A stretch of 64,000 nucleotides of DNA from NCBI GenBank assembly GCA_044376575.1, contig JBILKR010000004.1:49053-113052 (forward strand), read 5' to 3'. The first letter of the stretch is position 1. Each line of letters begins with the position of its first letter. Shown in pieces: positions 17,547 through 27,186 of this stretch. The notes under the pieces were generated by a model. It did no database searches. It was not told the DNA's origin and saw only the letters and a list, made by a program, of their open reading frames with translations. Both the position numbers and the translations under genes were made by a program. This DNA comes from Flavobacteriales bacterium. GTDB taxonomy: Bacteria > Bacteroidota > Bacteroidia > CAIKAF01.

Positions 17547-18208
17547 TTTTTTCCTTTCTTTTTGATGAATAATTTCTGACTTACCTGATCAGAGACCATC
17601 AACTCTTCTCCACCCACATCAACAATTAAACTGTGATCGTAATCGTATCTTTTCTTTAAGCGAACGGTTGTGCCCAGGATAAGTTTTACTCCGTCGAGGT
17701 ATTGCAGAAAATCAGGGGAGTGTTCTTTTACACCAACAATAATTCCCTCTTCATCCATATTCAAATCACTCAGTGTTTCATCTTTGTGATGTCCAACGTT
17801 TCCGTCTTTGTCGGGGATGGGATCACCGTGCGGATCAAATTTAGGATATCCCAGAAACTGTTCCAGTTTATCGATGAGTCGGATGGATTCTACGTGCTCT
17901 AATTGTTCGGCGAGTTCGTGAATTTCATCCCATTTGAAGTTGAGTTTATCAACTAAAAATACTTCCCATAGTCGGTGTTTGCGCACTACCATGGTAGCGA
18001 GTGCTTTCCCTTTTTTGGTTAGGGTTACGCCCTGGTATTTTTTATAATGAATGAGTTTTTTGTCGGCAAGTTTTTTCATCATATCCGTAACCGAAGATGC
18101 TTTTGTTTGCAATTCATCGGCAATCGCATTGGTGGAAACTTCGCGGTTATGTCTGCCTGAAAGTTTAAAAATGGCTTTCAAATAATTTTCTTCAGCGTAG
18201 GTGGCCAT
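17543..18208 (-). CDS. mntR: DtxR/MntR family metal-dependent regulator with FeoA domain
   Basis: EENYLKAI, RKHRLWE.FL, AE.LEH, P..DPHGDPIP. Confidence 0.92.
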   Translation of the reverse strand: MATYAEENYLKAIFKLSGRHNREVSTNAIADELQTKASSVTDMMKKLADKKLIHYKKYQGVTLTKKGKALATMVVRKHRLWEVFLVDKLNFKWDEIHELAEQLEHVESIRLIDKLEQFLGYPKFDPHGDPIPDKDGNVGHHKDETLSDLNMDEEGIIVGVKEHSPDFLQYLDGVKLILGTTVRLKKRYDYDHSLIVDVGGEELMVSDQVSQKLFIKKKGKN

Positions 18209-18279
18209 GAATGATAAATAACATTAAATGTTAGATTAAAAGTAATACATTTATTTAATTTGAACCGAAAATAAAAGGC

Positions 18280-19410
18280 ATGAAAATAGGAATGGTATTG
18301 TATCCCACATTTGGGGGGAGTGGAGTAGTGGCAACAGAACTGGGCATGGAACTGGCAAGGAAAGGTCATCAAATCCATTTTATTTCTTATAGTCAGCCGG
18401 TGCGTTTAGACCGCTTCATGGAGAATGTATTTTATCATGAAGTGCATATTCCCAACTATCCCTTGTTTGAATACATGCCTTATGAAACGGCACTCACCAG
18501 CATGATTGTGAATGTTGCATTGCACGAACAACTTGATGTGTTGCATGTACACTATGCTATTCCACATGCCTCGGTTGCGTTGCTTGCCAAACAAATTCTG
18601 CTGACCAAAGGCATGCATCTTCCCATCATTTGTACTTTACACGGAACAGACATTACGCTGGTAGGAAAAGACAGTTCCTATAAGCCTGTGATTACCTATG
18701 CCATTAATCAAAGTGATGCAGTAACGGCAGTATCGCAAAGTTTAAAAAACGATACGCTCAAGCATTTTGAAGTGACCAATGAGATTCAGGTGATCTATAA
18801 TTTTTTAGATATGAAGCTGTATGCACATCCGCAGGATGACTGCATTAAGCGTGTTACTTCGCCTAATGGTGAAAAAGTAATCATGCACATTTCTAATTTT
18901 CGTCCGGTAAAACGTATTCCTGATATTATTCGTGCATTTCAAATTATTCGAAAGTCAGTGGCCTCAAAACTTGTGTTGATTGGTGATGGCCCTGAAAGAC
19001 CAGTGGCAGAAGATCTGGTGAAGGAGTTGAATATGGAGAATGATGTATTGTTTTTTGGAAAAATAAAATCCACAGAATCTATTTTGCCTTGTGCCGATTT
19101 ATTTATGTTGCCATCAGATGCAGAGAGTTTTGGTGTTTCAGCACTCGAGGCGATGGCCAGTGGCGTTCCTGTCATCAGCACGAATGTGGGTGGAATGCCT
19201 GAAGTGCAACAGCACGGTGTTACCGGATTTTTAAGTAATGTCGGTGATTATAAAGATATGGCTGCCAATGCTATTCGTTTATTGACTGATGAAACATTAC
19301 ATCATCAATTTTCTGAGCAATCAAAAAAACGTGCCGCAGAATTTGATGTATTAAAAATTCTTCCGCAATACGAAGTGTTATATCAATCAGTGATCAGTAA
19401 ATCTAAATGA
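18280..19410 (+). CDS. bshA: N-acetyl-alpha-D-glucosaminyl L-malate synthase (bacillithiol biosynthesis)
   Basis: MKIG...YPTFGGSGVVATELG, HVHYAIPHA, TLHGTDIT, HISNFRPVKR. Confidence 0.95.
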   Translation: MKIGMVLYPTFGGSGVVATELGMELARKGHQIHFISYSQPVRLDRFMENVFYHEVHIPNYPLFEYMPYETALTSMIVNVALHEQLDVLHVHYAIPHASVALLAKQILLTKGMHLPIICTLHGTDITLVGKDSSYKPVITYAINQSDAVTAVSQSLKNDTLKHFEVTNEIQVIYNFLDMKLYAHPQDDCIKRVTSPNGEKVIMHISNFRPVKRIPDIIRAFQIIRKSVASKLVLIGDGPERPVAEDLVKELNMENDVLFFGKIKSTESILPCADLFMLPSDAESFGVSALEAMASGVPVISTNVGGMPEVQQHGVTGFLSNVGDYKDMAANAIRLLTDETLHHQFSEQSKKRAAEFDVLKILPQYEVLYQSVISKSK

Positions 19411-19415
19411 TGAAA

Positions 19416-20282
19416 TTACCATCGGCCTGAAGCGCCTCCGCCTCCTGAGAATCCGCCACCTCCTGAGAATCCACCGCCGGAAAAACCACCCCCACCGGAG
19501 AATCCACCCCATCCGCCACCGCCTCTCCAATTGCTTCCACGGTATCCACCAGTTGAAGGAACAAAAGGCTTGCTGAATATTCTGCGTAGCGTATAAATGA
19601 CACCAACAACACCATTAATGATGAAGCTCATGGGAGATGAAGTATTTGAAAAAATTAAAATAATAGCAACAGTTAAAAACATGAGGGAGATAATCAATCC
19701 GAATTTCCCTTTGAATTGACCAAAAGATAAGGCCAGGATGACGAAAAAAATGATGACACCCCAGATGGCATTAGGATCTTCACCTGAAGTTTTTTTCATA
19801 GGTTGAAATGTGCCTTCAATAGCGGCAAGTATGGCTTGGGTTCCTTGTAACACGCCATGATCAAAATCGCCCTGTTTAAATAAAGGGATCATTACCTGTT
19901 CAATAATATCGCTGGATTCAAGGTCAGTGAGGCTTGGCTCAAGTCCGTAACCTACTTCAATTCGAATGGCACGGTCTGCTTTGGAGATCAGCAATAACAC
20001 TCCATTATCCCTTCCTTTCTGTCCTATTTTCCAGGCAGTAAAAATTCGGTTTGCCACATCTTCCAGGTTCTCTCCTTCAAGAGAACTTATAGTTAAAACA
20101 ACCACTTGATTGGAAGTGCTGTCCTGATGAAGCTGAAGTAATGAAGAAATTGTATTTTCTGTTTCAGGCGATAGCATATTAGCATTGTCAATTACCCACT
20201 GACCGTTATGCGTAGGTATTTCTAAAGCAAATGCGGACAGGTTGAATATAAGAGACAGAGAAAAAAGAAAATTTTTCATCAT
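19416..20282 (-). CDS. TPM domain membrane protein (YgcG-like) with Gly-rich tail
   Basis: W.IG....DNGVLLL....DR..RIEVGYGLE, C-terminal GGGFSGGG repeats ending GGGASGRW. Confidence 0.92.
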   Translation of the reverse strand: MMKNFLFSLSLIFNLSAFALEIPTHNGQWVIDNANMLSPETENTISSLLQLHQDSTSNQVVVLTISSLEGENLEDVANRIFTAWKIGQKGRDNGVLLLISKADRAIRIEVGYGLEPSLTDLESSDIIEQVMIPLFKQGDFDHGVLQGTQAILAAIEGTFQPMKKTSGEDPNAIWGVIIFFVILALSFGQFKGKFGLIISLMFLTVAIILIFSNTSSPMSFIINGVVGVIYTLRRIFSKPFVPSTGGYRGSNWRGGGGWGGFSGGGGFSGGGFSGGGGFSGGGGASGRW

Positions 20283-20944
20283 TGATTATGTCTTAAATGG
20301 TTGGGAAGTTCGTTGGTATCATCTGCATCAGCAGTGAAACCATATTTTAGAAGAAGTTCTTTGCACATGCGAATACCCTCCAGCATTGCTTCCGTATTTT
20401 TTTTCTGTTTCAGGTAATCCATCATGTGCTGGATGATTTGTTCCCATTCGTTTTCCTGGATTTTACTGTTGATGCCTTTGTCGCCCAGGATCTCTACTCT
20501 GTGTTCGAGTAAACTAATCAGAATAAGTATTCCTGTCCGTTGTTTCGTGCTGAACAATTCATACTCCAGGAAGGTCTGTTTGGCAGCGGCATCAACTTCC
20601 GCTTTCATTCTTTCTTCGCCTATAAAGAATCGTTGCATAGATGGAATCCATCGTGTAAGTATTGCAGTTATAATTCCCCCTGAAAGTGATGTTCCCAGAT
20701 AAATAATACTATTGGCATACAGTATAAAATCTCCCCAGCCTATGGCCCAGTCGATGATATAAATCATTATTGCTGTAAACATCATTCCTGATAATAAAGC
20801 CTTGTAATATGATTCCGGATAGTTACTGCTGCGTTCAACAAATAACGGTGCAATCTCACCGCTGATTTCTTTTTCTGCCAGCATTACGGCATCTTCGATT
20901 TGTTGCCTTTGATGTGAATTAAAATATTTATCAATACCCTTCAT
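20279..20944 (-). CDS. TPM domain membrane protein
   Basis: AE...SGEI, T..RTGILI..S..EH.V.ILGD.GI, NELPN. Confidence 0.88.
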   Translation of the reverse strand: MKGIDKYFNSHQRQQIEDAVMLAEKEISGEIAPLFVERSSNYPESYYKALLSGMMFTAIMIYIIDWAIGWGDFILYANSIIYLGTSLSGGIITAILTRWIPSMQRFFIGEERMKAEVDAAAKQTFLEYELFSTKQRTGILILISLLEHRVEILGDKGINSKIQENEWEQIIQHMMDYLKQKKNTEAMLEGIRMCKELLLKYGFTADADDTNELPNHLRHNQ

Positions 20945-20986
20945 ATACTCTGGTTTAATGTCAAATATACTAGAATACTTGCCATA

Positions 20987-21016
20987 AAAAAAGGCTTCAG
21001 TTCTGAAGCCTTTTTT
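20987..21016. terminator. Intrinsic terminator downstream of the 21035-21805 gene
   Basis: AAAAAAGGCTTCAG-TT-CTGAAGCCTTTTTT. Confidence 0.85.
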
Positions 21017-21034
21017 GAAGAAGTTTTATTTTTT

Positions 21035-21805
21035 TTATTTGGCAATAATCAGTCGCTTGGACGAAATTGCCTTTCCACTTACAAATAAAGTGTAGAAATA
21101 TATTCCAGATTTCAGAGCTGAAATATCTGCCTTTAATACACCATTATCAGAATTAAATTTAATTTCTCTCACCTTGCTTCCTGATAAATCAAAGATAGCT
21201 ACAGTTGTTGCTTCAGGATTTTCAAGTTGATAATTGGTATAGATAAAATCTTTAGCTGGATTTGGATAAAAACCTGAAAGCTTGTTGTTCTCTTTAATAT
21301 TTTCTTCTCCCAATAAAGAAGTAAATGTTACATCAACAAATACAGAGTCGTTTGGATTCGAAGCTACAAATGCAATGTAACGGATGGTCACAGATCCAGA
21401 AAAATCAGGACTACTTCCACTACCTTTAGAAAAAAATTGAGGCTTTAATGCTTCTGATGTGCTTGTTGTATCTTGCGATGCAATAGCTTGTGATGTTGGA
21501 GATAATAAAGTTGTAGAATTCCAGCATCCTCCTCCCCAACAGAACTGATCTTTTGTATCAGCATTAGGATTAATGTATACTTTTTTTACGAATACTTCAA
21601 CAGGTGATGCGCTATTGTTTGCCACATAAAACTTAGGTTCAACAGGAGCATCTGCGGGAAACGTAATAAGTGGATCTACGTTGCTTTCTGTGTATGAACC
21701 ATTGGTAACATTGTTATAGTTATAATCCAAAATCCATAAACTGGATTGGGCATTCGCCATTTGAATCATAAAAAACATTGCCACAGTGTAAATAATTTTT
21801 TTCAT
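21035..21805 (-). CDS. Small T9SS cargo protein (Ig-like domain with CWGGGC plus type A CTD)
   Basis: Signal peptide ANA-Q, FYPNPAKD...G.YFY...SKRLII CTD. Confidence 0.85.
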   Translation of the reverse strand: MKKIIYTVAMFFMIQMANAQSSLWILDYNYNNVTNGSYTESNVDPLITFPADAPVEPKFYVANNSASPVEVFVKKVYINPNADTKDQFCWGGGCWNSTTLLSPTSQAIASQDTTSTSEALKPQFFSKGSGSSPDFSGSVTIRYIAFVASNPNDSVFVDVTFTSLLGEENIKENNKLSGFYPNPAKDFIYTNYQLENPEATTVAIFDLSGSKVREIKFNSDNGVLKADISALKSGIYFYTLFVSGKAISSKRLIIAK

Positions 21806-21965
21806 GTGTAAGATTTAATATTGTAAAGATAGTTTTAAAATTCTTTTTAAACAAAGCAGGATAATCATATGTGTGTTAAAATTATCTTAATTGATTTTTG
21901 TTTGTCATTTTATGAAGAATTGTCTGTATTTGGTGTTTTATCAACCACGAATTCGCTTGCCCTTT

Positions 21966-21984
21966 GCCTTCGAGAGCCTCAGGC
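21966..21984. repeat. REP-like palindromic unit
   Basis: GCCTTCGAGAGCCTCAGGC, 15-nt exact match to 12103-12117. Confidence 0.6.
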
Positions 21985-22187
21985 GGCGGGCTATATCTTC
22001 ACCACAATAGCAAACCGTTAACGACTCACCGCTCACCCTTCACTTTTTTCTCAGTCTCAACCCTCGGGCTTATTAAAAATTTCACAACTCTAATTAGAGT
22101 GATTCAGATGGAACGATGTTTGAAATAGAATCCCTCGATTACCTCAATTGAGAATTATTTATTAAAATTGTAAAACAAAATTTCCAC

Positions 22188-22700
22188 ATGAAAAGATTAG
22201 TATTTATCCTTGCTTTAAGCATTGTTTTTTCGTCTTCTGTTTTATCGCAGACATATAAAATTCCTTCTGCTGATATTCAGAAACTGAATGGAACAACTAT
22301 TAATACAAGTAGTCTGAAAAATGATGGCAAACCCATTATTATAAGTTTTTGGGCCACTTGGTGTAAACCCTGTATTGCTGAGTTGACAGCTATTGCTGAA
22401 GAGTATGAAACATTACAGGAAGAAACCGGAGTAAAACTCATTGCTATTTCGATTGATGATGCAAGAAACGTAGCCAAGGTCGAGCCTTTTGTTAATGGAC
22501 GTGCATGGGAGTATGATGTGTATTGTGATCCAAACGGTGATTTTAAAAGAGCTTTAAGTGTTAATACAGTACCACACACATTTTTAGTAGATGGTAATGG
22601 TGACATTGTTTGGCAACATAATTCTTACAACCCGGGTGATGAGGATGAATTGTATCAGTTAGTAAGAAAACTGGCCAAAGGAGAAAAGATAACACATTAA
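22188..22700 (+). CDS. Exported TlpA family thiol-disulfide reductase
   Basis: Signal peptide, SFWATWCKPC, cis-Pro motif TVPHTFLVD. Confidence 0.93.
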   Translation: MKRLVFILALSIVFSSSVLSQTYKIPSADIQKLNGTTINTSSLKNDGKPIIISFWATWCKPCIAELTAIAEEYETLQEETGVKLIAISIDDARNVAKVEPFVNGRAWEYDVYCDPNGDFKRALSVNTVPHTFLVDGNGDIVWQHNSYNPGDEDELYQLVRKLAKGEKITH

Positions 22701-22716
22701 TCCACTTACTGACCAC

Positions 22717-24423
22717 ATGAAAAATCTGCTATTTGTTTTAATCATTCTACAATTAGGTATTGGTACCCTGATTGCACAGGATGTAAATGATAAATCTTCA
22801 AAGAAAAAAGATAAGGAAATTAACTGGGGTACAATTCACGGTAATTTTGGTTTCGACGGTCAGTACTACAATGATGATACATTGATTGGAGCTCCTGATG
22901 TACCTGAAAAATTCAGGGCAAATGCTTTTTTAAATTTAGTATATACTAACGGAAATTTTTCTGCCGGCTTACGTTATGAAATGTATTTGCCCAAACCACT
23001 GTTAGGATTTGATAGTCGATTTGAAGGTCAGGGAATTCCATTTAGGTATGCTTCCTATAAATTAGGTGAACTAGAAGTTACTGCAGGTACGTTTTATGAA
23101 CAGTTTGGTAACGGATTAATTCTTCGTTTTTATGAAGAGCGTGCATTAGGTTTTGATAATTTCTTGGATGGATTCAGGGCGAAGTATTCTCCTTATCGCG
23201 GAATCAACATTACTGGTCTTATCGGTAAACAGCGCTATTTCTGGGCACATGGCGATGGCCTGGTGAAAGGATTTGACGGGGAAGTAAACTTCTCTGAAAT
23301 TTTTGAAAAGATGGCAGAGAAAAAAATAAAATTAATTGTTGGCGGAAGTTTTGTAAGTAAGTATCAGGGTGATCAGGAAATACCTAACCCGGATAATACG
23401 AATCAGTTATTAAAGCTTCCGTTGAACGTTGGTTCTTGGGCTGGACGACTCACTTTTGGTGTTGGACGCTTTCAGCTCAATACAGAGTTAGCATATAAAA
23501 TCAATGATCCCAATCGTACGAATAATTTTATTTATCGTCCGGGAACTGCATTTTATTTATCAGCTTCCTATGCGCAAAAAGGATTGGGAATTACTTTTCA
23601 GGCCAAGCGTGTAGAAAATTTTGATTTTCGTTCTGACCGCAATGAATCCGGAAATGCCCTGCTGATGAATTTTATTCCCATGTTAAATAAACAACATACC
23701 TATGCGCTTGCGGCTACGGTGTATCCTTATGCTGTTCAGTCGAATGGTGAACTTGGACTTCAGGCAGACATTAATTATACCACGCCCAAATGGTTAAATA
23801 AAAAGTATCCCACGCAGTTCAATTTGAATTTTTCAATGGTGAATGCGTTAGATACGAATCTCACGGGTGACAGGTATGGTTATCAAACTGACATATTTGG
23901 ATTCGGGCGTCGCATGTATATGGATGCCAATATTGAAATCAGTCAGAAAGTGAGCAAGTCAGTGAAGTTTAATTTGATGTATATGTATTTATTTATTGAC
24001 CGAAACCTTGTCCAGGGCTTTGGATATACACCAAGAGAAATACATTCACACATTGTAGTTGCAGATGTTTCCTATAAGTTTTTACCCAAGCATACTATTC
24101 GTTTTGAAGCACAGACATTACAAACCAAACAAGAGCTGGATCACTTGGGTGATCGCGTAAATGGAAGCTGGCTGATGGGATTAATAGAATATTCTTTTGC
24201 GCCTAATTTATTTATTAGTGTAATGGATCAGTGGAACTATGACAATCCTACGCCTGAATACAGAATACACTACATCACCGGTACGGTTGGATATAATGTG
24301 GGTTCTACCCGAATAAGTATGTCTTATGGTCGTCAGCGGGAAGGAATTGTATGCATTGGAGGAGTCTGCCGTCAGGTGCCTGCATCCAATGGTTTGACTT
24401 TATCTATCATGAGTAGTTTTTAA
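22717..24423 (+). CDS. Outer-membrane beta-barrel protein (DUF6029-like)
   Basis: Signal peptide, alternating amphipathic strands, G.FYEQFG.GL..R..E.R.LG.DN, C-terminal CIGGVCR.VP..NG and terminal Phe. Confidence 0.82.
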   Translation: MKNLLFVLIILQLGIGTLIAQDVNDKSSKKKDKEINWGTIHGNFGFDGQYYNDDTLIGAPDVPEKFRANAFLNLVYTNGNFSAGLRYEMYLPKPLLGFDSRFEGQGIPFRYASYKLGELEVTAGTFYEQFGNGLILRFYEERALGFDNFLDGFRAKYSPYRGINITGLIGKQRYFWAHGDGLVKGFDGEVNFSEIFEKMAEKKIKLIVGGSFVSKYQGDQEIPNPDNTNQLLKLPLNVGSWAGRLTFGVGRFQLNTELAYKINDPNRTNNFIYRPGTAFYLSASYAQKGLGITFQAKRVENFDFRSDRNESGNALLMNFIPMLNKQHTYALAATVYPYAVQSNGELGLQADINYTTPKWLNKKYPTQFNLNFSMVNALDTNLTGDRYGYQTDIFGFGRRMYMDANIEISQKVSKSVKFNLMYMYLFIDRNLVQGFGYTPREIHSHIVVADVSYKFLPKHTIRFEAQTLQTKQELDHLGDRVNGSWLMGLIEYSFAPNLFISVMDQWNYDNPTPEYRIHYITGTVGYNVGSTRISMSYGRQREGIVCIGGVCRQVPASNGLTLSIMSSF

Positions 24424-24432
24424 ATAAATGTT

Positions 24433-25305
24433 ATGAAAAAAATATTTTTCTTTTTAATCTTCTTTTCTGTTTTATCTTCCTGTGATATTATTGAGGATCC
24501 TTATATTCAATTGGGTGCGAATGGTTGTACTGTGCCTGAACCTGCTTTTACACCTCGTACATCACCGGTAAGAAAAGTGCTGGTTGAAGATATTACCGGT
24601 CATCGCTGTGGGAATTGCCCCCGCGCTGCTGAAAAAGTACATGACTTGATTGTGGCTCATCCTGATCAGGTAATAGCTATCAGTGTTCATTCTGAATTGT
24701 CCGGCTATTTTACTTCTCCGCTTGGAGATACCGGAAAGTATTCCTATGATTTCAGAACGGAGCTGGGTAAAGCAATAGACGAAAAGTTTGGTGTGTCTGC
24801 TGTAGGCTTACCAAATGGTTTGATTAACCGGATAAAAAGTGGAAATACAGCAGTAGTTCCCTACACGCAATGGGAAAATAAAGTGACCAACTTGCTCAAC
24901 ACTTCCCCTGTAATGGATGTGCAAATAAAAAATTTTTATGATCCTGCCGATAGCTCACTTTGCTCTTATGTGTATGCAGAAGCATTGCAAAATATGAATG
25001 GAACGTTTAAAGTGGTTTGTTATTTGGTAGAAAATGATTTTATCAACTGGCAAAAAGACTATGCATATCCCGGTGAAGATATCCAGTCTTATCATCATGA
25101 GCATGTATTGCGTACTTCTTTATCCACATACTGGGGAACATTACTCACCAATGTAATTGATGCAGGCGCTTCTTTTGTGAATGGCTACTCCATCAAGTTT
25201 GATCACAATCGCTGGAACATTGATAATTGCTATGTAATAGCCTTTGTTTACAACGAAGATACAGACGAAGTGATACAGGCCGAACAGCAAAAAGTAATTA
25301 ACTGA
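24433..25305 (+). CDS. Omp28 family outer-membrane lipoprotein
   Basis: Lipobox LSSC, RKVLVED.TG..CGNCP, G.P.G..NR, Y.H.HVLR, VIAFV. Confidence 0.9.
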   Translation: MKKIFFFLIFFSVLSSCDIIEDPYIQLGANGCTVPEPAFTPRTSPVRKVLVEDITGHRCGNCPRAAEKVHDLIVAHPDQVIAISVHSELSGYFTSPLGDTGKYSYDFRTELGKAIDEKFGVSAVGLPNGLINRIKSGNTAVVPYTQWENKVTNLLNTSPVMDVQIKNFYDPADSSLCSYVYAEALQNMNGTFKVVCYLVENDFINWQKDYAYPGEDIQSYHHEHVLRTSLSTYWGTLLTNVIDAGASFVNGYSIKFDHNRWNIDNCYVIAFVYNEDTDEVIQAEQQKVIN

Positions 25306-25336
25306 TTTGCAAAATAAGATAATTGCCGTATATTTG
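25306..25336 (+). promoter_or_regulatory. Sigma-A promoter of rimP-nusA-infB
   Basis: TTTG (25306-25309), 19-nt spacer, TATATTTG (25329-25336). Confidence 0.8.
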
Positions 25337-25359
25337 CACTGTAATTTGAAAAGAGTGAG

Positions 25360-25381
25360 AGGGGACAATGTCCCCTTTTTT
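25360..25381 (+). promoter_or_regulatory. rimP leader hairpin with U-tract (candidate attenuator)
   Basis: AGGGGAC-AAT-GTCCCCT-TTTTT between the promoter and the rimP ATG. Confidence 0.65.
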
Positions 25382-25391
25382 ATTACTTAAA

Positions 25392-25862
25392 ATGAGTGTG
25401 CAGGCTAAATATATTAAAGACTTATTGGAAGAGGAATTAAAAGCAATGGATTTGTTTTTAGTTGAATTGCATGTAAGTTCTTCGAATGAAGTTACTGCCT
25501 TTGTGGATGGAATGGTTAATGTAACCATAGAACAATGCAGTAGGATAAGCAGAACCCTGCGTGAAAAACTGGGTGAGGGTTATGATGATGTGGAAATCAC
25601 CGTATCGTCTCCAGGGCTTGACAGGCCATTTAGCCATATCAATCAGTTCATAAAAAACATCGGTAAAAGTGTGGAGGTGTTGTTGACGGATGGTACAAAA
25701 ATTACAGGTAAGTTAACTGAAGCCACAGAAGAAAAAATAGTTGTTCAGGAATTTGCCAAAATGAAAGGGAATGCCAAGGCAGCAAAGCCAACATTAAGTG
25801 ATAAAATCACAGAATTAAAAATGAATGAAGTGAAACAAACAAAAAAAATGATCATATTTTAA
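25392..25862 (+). CDS. rimP: Ribosome maturation factor RimP
   Basis: V.IE.C..ISR, VSSPGLDRP, first gene before nusA. Start set at ATG 25392. Confidence 0.93.
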   Translation: MSVQAKYIKDLLEEELKAMDLFLVELHVSSSNEVTAFVDGMVNVTIEQCSRISRTLREKLGEGYDDVEITVSSPGLDRPFSHINQFIKNIGKSVEVLLTDGTKITGKLTEATEEKIVVQEFAKMKGNAKAAKPTLSDKITELKMNEVKQTKKMIIF

Positions 25863-25873
25863 TACACTAAGTT

Positions 25874-27127
25874 ATGGACAGTTTGAATCTGATAGAATCG
25901 TTTTCGGAGTTTAAAGAAGTAAAAAACATAGATCGTGTAACGATGATGAACATCCTTGAAGATGTGATTCGAAACATGATTACTAAAAAATTCGGAGACT
26001 CTGATAATTTCGATATCATTATTAACGTCGATAAAGGCGATATGGAAATTTGGAGAAATCGTGAAATCGTTGATGATGAATGGGCCGAAGATAGCTTTGA
26101 TTACGACCCGAATAAACATATAAGTCTTGCAGATGCGCGTAAAATTGAACCTGATTTTGAAATTGGAGAGGAAATTACAGATGAGTTAAAATTGAATGAT
26201 TTTGGTCGCAGGGCTATTCAGGCAATGCGCCAAAACCTGATTTCAAGAATTGGTGATCTTGAAAAAGACAGTGTATTTAAAAAATATTCTGAAAGGGTTG
26301 GAGAAATTATTTCAGGTGAAGTATATCAGGTATGGAGAAAAGAATTACTTGTATTGGATGATGAAGGAAATGAACTGATTCTTCCTAAACAGGAAATGAT
26401 ACCGAGTGATTTTTATAAGAAAGGTGATACACTTCGTGCAGTGGTATTGCGTGTGGAAATGAAAAATAACAGTCCGTTAATTGTTCTTTCAAGAACTTCT
26501 CCTGCATTCCTTGAAAAATTATTTGAGCAGGAAGTACCGGAAGTTTTCGACGGTTTAATTACCATCAAGAAAATTGTTCGTGTTCCCGGAGAGCGTGCAA
26601 AAGTAGCTGTTGAATCGTATGATGACAGGATTGACCCTGTAGGTGCTTGCGTGGGTATGAAAGGATCACGTATCCATGGAATTGTTCGTGAGTTAAGAAA
26701 TGAAAATATTGATGTCATCAATTTTACTAGTAATCAATCATTATTTATTCAGCGTGCATTGAGTCCTGCAAAAATTACAAGCATCAAATTAAAGGATGAA
26801 AATCATTCTGCAGCAGTGTATTTAAAACCTGATCAGGTATCGTTAGCGATAGGAAAAGGCGGATTAAATATTAAGTTGGCGAGTAAGTTGACCGGATATG
26901 ATATTGATGTATATCGTGAAGATGCGCCTGATACTGAAGACGTAGCACTTGACGAATTCCGTGATGAGATTGAAGACTGGGTGATTGATGAATTAAAGAA
27001 TATCGGTTGCGATACTGCAAAAAGTGTATTAGAGTTGAGTGTTGAAGAGTTGGAAAAACGAACAGATCTGGAAGAAGAAACCATCAAAAGTGTTTTGGAT
27101 ATTCTGAAATCAGAATTTGAGGATTAA
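25874..27127 (+). CDS. nusA: Transcription termination/antitermination factor NusA
   Basis: S1 and KH domains, DPVGACVGMKGSRI, AIGKGG.NI.LA. Confidence 0.98.
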   Translation: MDSLNLIESFSEFKEVKNIDRVTMMNILEDVIRNMITKKFGDSDNFDIIINVDKGDMEIWRNREIVDDEWAEDSFDYDPNKHISLADARKIEPDFEIGEEITDELKLNDFGRRAIQAMRQNLISRIGDLEKDSVFKKYSERVGEIISGEVYQVWRKELLVLDDEGNELILPKQEMIPSDFYKKGDTLRAVVLRVEMKNNSPLIVLSRTSPAFLEKLFEQEVPEVFDGLITIKKIVRVPGERAKVAVESYDDRIDPVGACVGMKGSRIHGIVRELRNENIDVINFTSNQSLFIQRALSPAKITSIKLKDENHSAAVYLKPDQVSLAIGKGGLNIKLASKLTGYDIDVYREDAPDTEDVALDEFRDEIEDWVIDELKNIGCDTAKSVLELSVEELEKRTDLEEETIKSVLDILKSEFED

Positions 27128-27186
27128 AATCGAGTTTGGGTTTTTAACCGTGCATTGGGATTATTAGAAAGAAGTTTAAATAAAAT

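Noticed and set aside
19416-19530. GC-rich tandem repeats and the overlapping ORF 19403-19615
   Set aside because: Explained by the GGGFSGGG tail typical of TPM/YgcG proteins; not a CRISPR array or VNTR.
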